A stretch of DNA of 55,959 nucleotides from a virus (taxonomy: Duplodnaviria; Caudoviricetes), in IMG/VR virus record IMGVR_UViG_3300036791_000391, positions 1 through 55,959 of that record, one strand, 5' to 3'. A model generated the notes under the pieces. That model saw only the letters and a program-made list of their open reading frames with translations, did no database searches and was not told where the DNA came from. This document shows, one piece after another, positions 54,222 through 55,959 of this stretch; positions within the stretch are counted from its first letter, which is position 1; every line of letters begins with the position of its first letter. The translations under genes and the position numbers were made by a program.

Positions 54222-54303
54222 GCGAATCTCCTGGGGTTCTGGCCTGGCCCTGTGCCTGACTCTCCCCTGAGCTTAGCACAGCATTCTAGCGCGCTACCAA
54301 TTA
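54222..54303 (-). promoter_or_regulatory. conserved cassette copy
   Basis: TAATTGGTAGCGCGCTAGA; TGC-TAAGCT; GTCAGGC-ACAGG-GCCAGGC; CAGGAGATTCGC. Confidence 0.85.
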
Positions 54304-54350
54304 ACCCGCCGTTTGCTGTGTCTTCCCCATCACAGTCCTATGCTGGTGTC

Positions 54351-54617
54351 GTGGTTAGCTACCGCGCGATGCACGCCCGGCTGGCGGTCGTGAAGGGACC
54401 GGCCAGGGCGCAGCGCTGCGCGTGCGGGCGGCGGGCCTCGCACTGGTCCTACAGCCGAGCCTGCCCGGATGAGTACTTCTCCCTCTCCGGCCCCTACTGC
54501 GCGCACCCCGGCCATTACAGCCCGATGTGCGGGCGCTGCCACAAGCGGTACGACCTCCGGGCCGCCCAGCTCGATAAAGCGTTGCACCGCAAGCCGAACC
54601 AGCTTCTACTCTGGTAG
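54351..54617 (+). CDS. HNH-like zinc-finger protein
   Basis: YRAMHARL..GPA..CACG..HWSY..YSPMCGRCH; TATGCT-6nt-GTG. Confidence 0.6.
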   Translation: MVSYRAMHARLAVVKGPARAQRCACGRRASHWSYSRACPDEYFSLSGPYCAHPGHYSPMCGRCHKRYDLRAAQLDKALHRKPNQLLLW

Positions 54618-54626
54618 AACTCAGGG

Positions 54627-54893
54627 GTGACGAAGGGACTCCGAACCACCCATACCCTGACCCGGACGAGCAAAGGCGAGTGGGAGCTGTGCAGCGACCA
54701 TGCCCACGGGATCACCAAGCCGCTGACCACGATCCGGGCCGTGACCCCGGAGGTGGCGATGACCCGGGCCGAGGTGTGGCTCGACGTGAACGGGAACGGG
54801 GCCGTGCGCGGGGACTACTGGGCGAAGTCCCGGGGATGGTCCGACCGGTGGGCGTTACGGATCTCACAGCGACACGCCGACGGAGATGCTTGA
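54627..54893 (+). CDS. hypothetical protein
   Basis: Coding-like ORF. Confidence 0.55.
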   Translation: MTKGLRTTHTLTRTSKGEWELCSDHAHGITKPLTTIRAVTPEVAMTRAEVWLDVNGNGAVRGDYWAKSRGWSDRWALRISQRHADGDA

Positions 54894-54924
54894 CACGCGG
54901 TAACGGCAAACCAGGCTCGGGGCT

Positions 54925-55194
54925 GTGACCGAGCATTGGCGTCCGACCGGCTGGCGGGCCTACGAGGTCTCCGACGAGTACCGGGTCCGGTCCCGAAGCC
55001 GGGTCGTTCGTGGCAGGAACGGGAGCAGTCGCTTCATCGCGGGTCGGCTGCTTACCCCGGTGCTCCGGCACGGCCACGCCTGCGTCGATCTCTGGCGTGG
55101 CAATCACCGCGCTCGGGTCAGGGTCGATGCGCTGGTGCAGGAGGCGTTCGGGGGAACCCCGGCGGTCGCGTTCGCGAGGGCGTTGCGCCGATGA
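54925..55194 (+). CDS. NUMOD4-only protein (HNH catalytic part missing)
   Basis: EHWRP..YEVSD..RVRS..GRLLTP..LVQEAFG then ends. Confidence 0.7.
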   Translation: MTEHWRPTGWRAYEVSDEYRVRSRSRVVRGRNGSSRFIAGRLLTPVLRHGHACVDLWRGNHRARVRVDALVQEAFGGTPAVAFARALRR

Positions 55195-55439
55195 ACGGAC
55201 CCCGGCTGGCCCGGACCGTGCTGTACCGGCACCCGTGCGACTGCGCCAGCTCGAGCCGACCGCTGGAACCGGGCGAGGAGCCCGAGCACCGGTTGGAGAT
55301 CGACGGCGTCGCGTTCCCGTGGCATATCACCGAGGACGGGGCGACGATCACCAAGCTGGGCGACGGGCTCTACACGGTGCGGGTCGAGATCTTGGTCCAC
55401 GACGTGGATACCGACGGGCCGATAGAGATGCCCCAATGA
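55191..55439 (+). CDS. hypothetical protein
   Basis: IDGVAFPWHITEDG; ATGA overlap. Confidence 0.6.
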   Translation: MNGPRLARTVLYRHPCDCASSSRPLEPGEEPEHRLEIDGVAFPWHITEDGATITKLGDGLYTVRVEILVHDVDTDGPIEMPQ

Positions 55440-55717
55440 GCGGCGGCGGCATCCGCGCCGAGTGGTTGGTCGAATGCTCAAGCTGCGGGATCGACGTGGA
55501 GCCGGGCCGCTGGTACAACTCCAAGGCCGAAGCGATGCAGGTCCGCAACCGGGCGGTCCATTCCGAGAGCTGGGTGCTGACCACCAAGGGTGATCTAATC
55601 TGCCCGGACTGCGCGGAAGGGCGGCCCCGAGGTCCCTTCCCCGGGGCCGCCCTGATCGGTGACCACCTATCCAACCCGTACACGATCGACGGTGTGCTCA
55701 TCTTGCGTGACGGCTGA
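55436..55717 (+). CDS. zinc-binding hypothetical protein
   Basis: ECSSCG..W..ICPDC. Confidence 0.6.
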   Translation: MSGGGIRAEWLVECSSCGIDVEPGRWYNSKAEAMQVRNRAVHSESWVLTTKGDLICPDCAEGRPRGPFPGAALIGDHLSNPYTIDGVLILRDG

Positions 55718-55900
55718 TCAGTCCAGTCCCCAGCTGATCATCACCCCCTCCTCGACCGCCGCCTCCGCGATCACCCGAAGGATGTCCCGGGCCATGGGAT
55801 CGTCCTCGACCCAGATCGTGAAGTGGCCACGGAACGGCTTGTTCGCCGGATCGGTCCGTCGCTTCGCGGCGACGATCTTCTCACTCACGTCTCGCGCCAT
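55718..55900 (-). CDS. hypothetical protein
   Basis: Convergent ORF with GAAGGGG RBS. Confidence 0.55.
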   Translation of the reverse strand: MARDVSEKIVAAKRRTDPANKPFRGHFTIWVEDDPMARDILRVIAEAAVEEGVMISWGLD

Positions 55901-55959
55901 CACGCCCCCTTCCGTGTGATGTGACCCGAGTAGGCATCCCCGGCGGCGATCATCACCTG

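Noticed and set aside
950-54303. Cassette repeats as a CRISPR array or integron attC sites
   Set aside because: Irregular kb-scale spacing, both strands, no cas or integrase gene, and clear promoter/RBS anatomy
54354-54368. TTAGCTACCGCGCGA as another operator copy
   Set aside because: Lies inside a CDS encoding the family motif SYRAMH; no -10 or hairpin follows
1-55959. Integrase, att site, repressor, DNA polymerase, lysins, tape measure
   Set aside because: None recognisable in this window, so lifestyle and prophage status cannot be determined

Overview
The window is 56 kb of a high-GC tailed actinobacteriophage, most likely a mycobacteriophage (WhiB, an Lsr2 domain, three DUF732-like proteins and a Ku-like remnant). 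No host genes are evident. The minus strand from 1 to about 15.4 kb holds an HK97-type packaging and head module (TerS, TerL, portal, protease, major capsid, adaptor). It is interrupted by independently promoted accessory genes: YodL-like, HNH, methyltransferase, SLT transglycosylase, an Acb2/Tad1-like protein, and ParB plus a GREB1/TAGT-like glycosyltransferase. A methyltransferase/glycosyltransferase cluster and about 40 small leftward genes follow. A ~1.1 kb non-coding gap at 29.9-31.1 kb may contain the joined genome ends. Rightward operons run from 31 to 43 kb and leftward genes from 43 to 54 kb. The most striking unexplained structure is a dispersed regulatory cassette found 12 times in full or partial form. 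It consists of a near-palindromic TAGCGCGGTA/TACCGCGCTA box, a TANNNT -10, a 5'-UTR hairpin with invariant GGC-ANNNG-GCC and a covarying lower stem, and a near-invariant CA(A)GGAGATTCGC RBS. Other highlights are a candidate ~90-nt sRNA driven by the same promoter, four divergent proteins ending in WPD, and synonymously recoded gene ends next to two free-standing HNH endonucleases. All family assignments come from motif recognition by eye; no searches were run.
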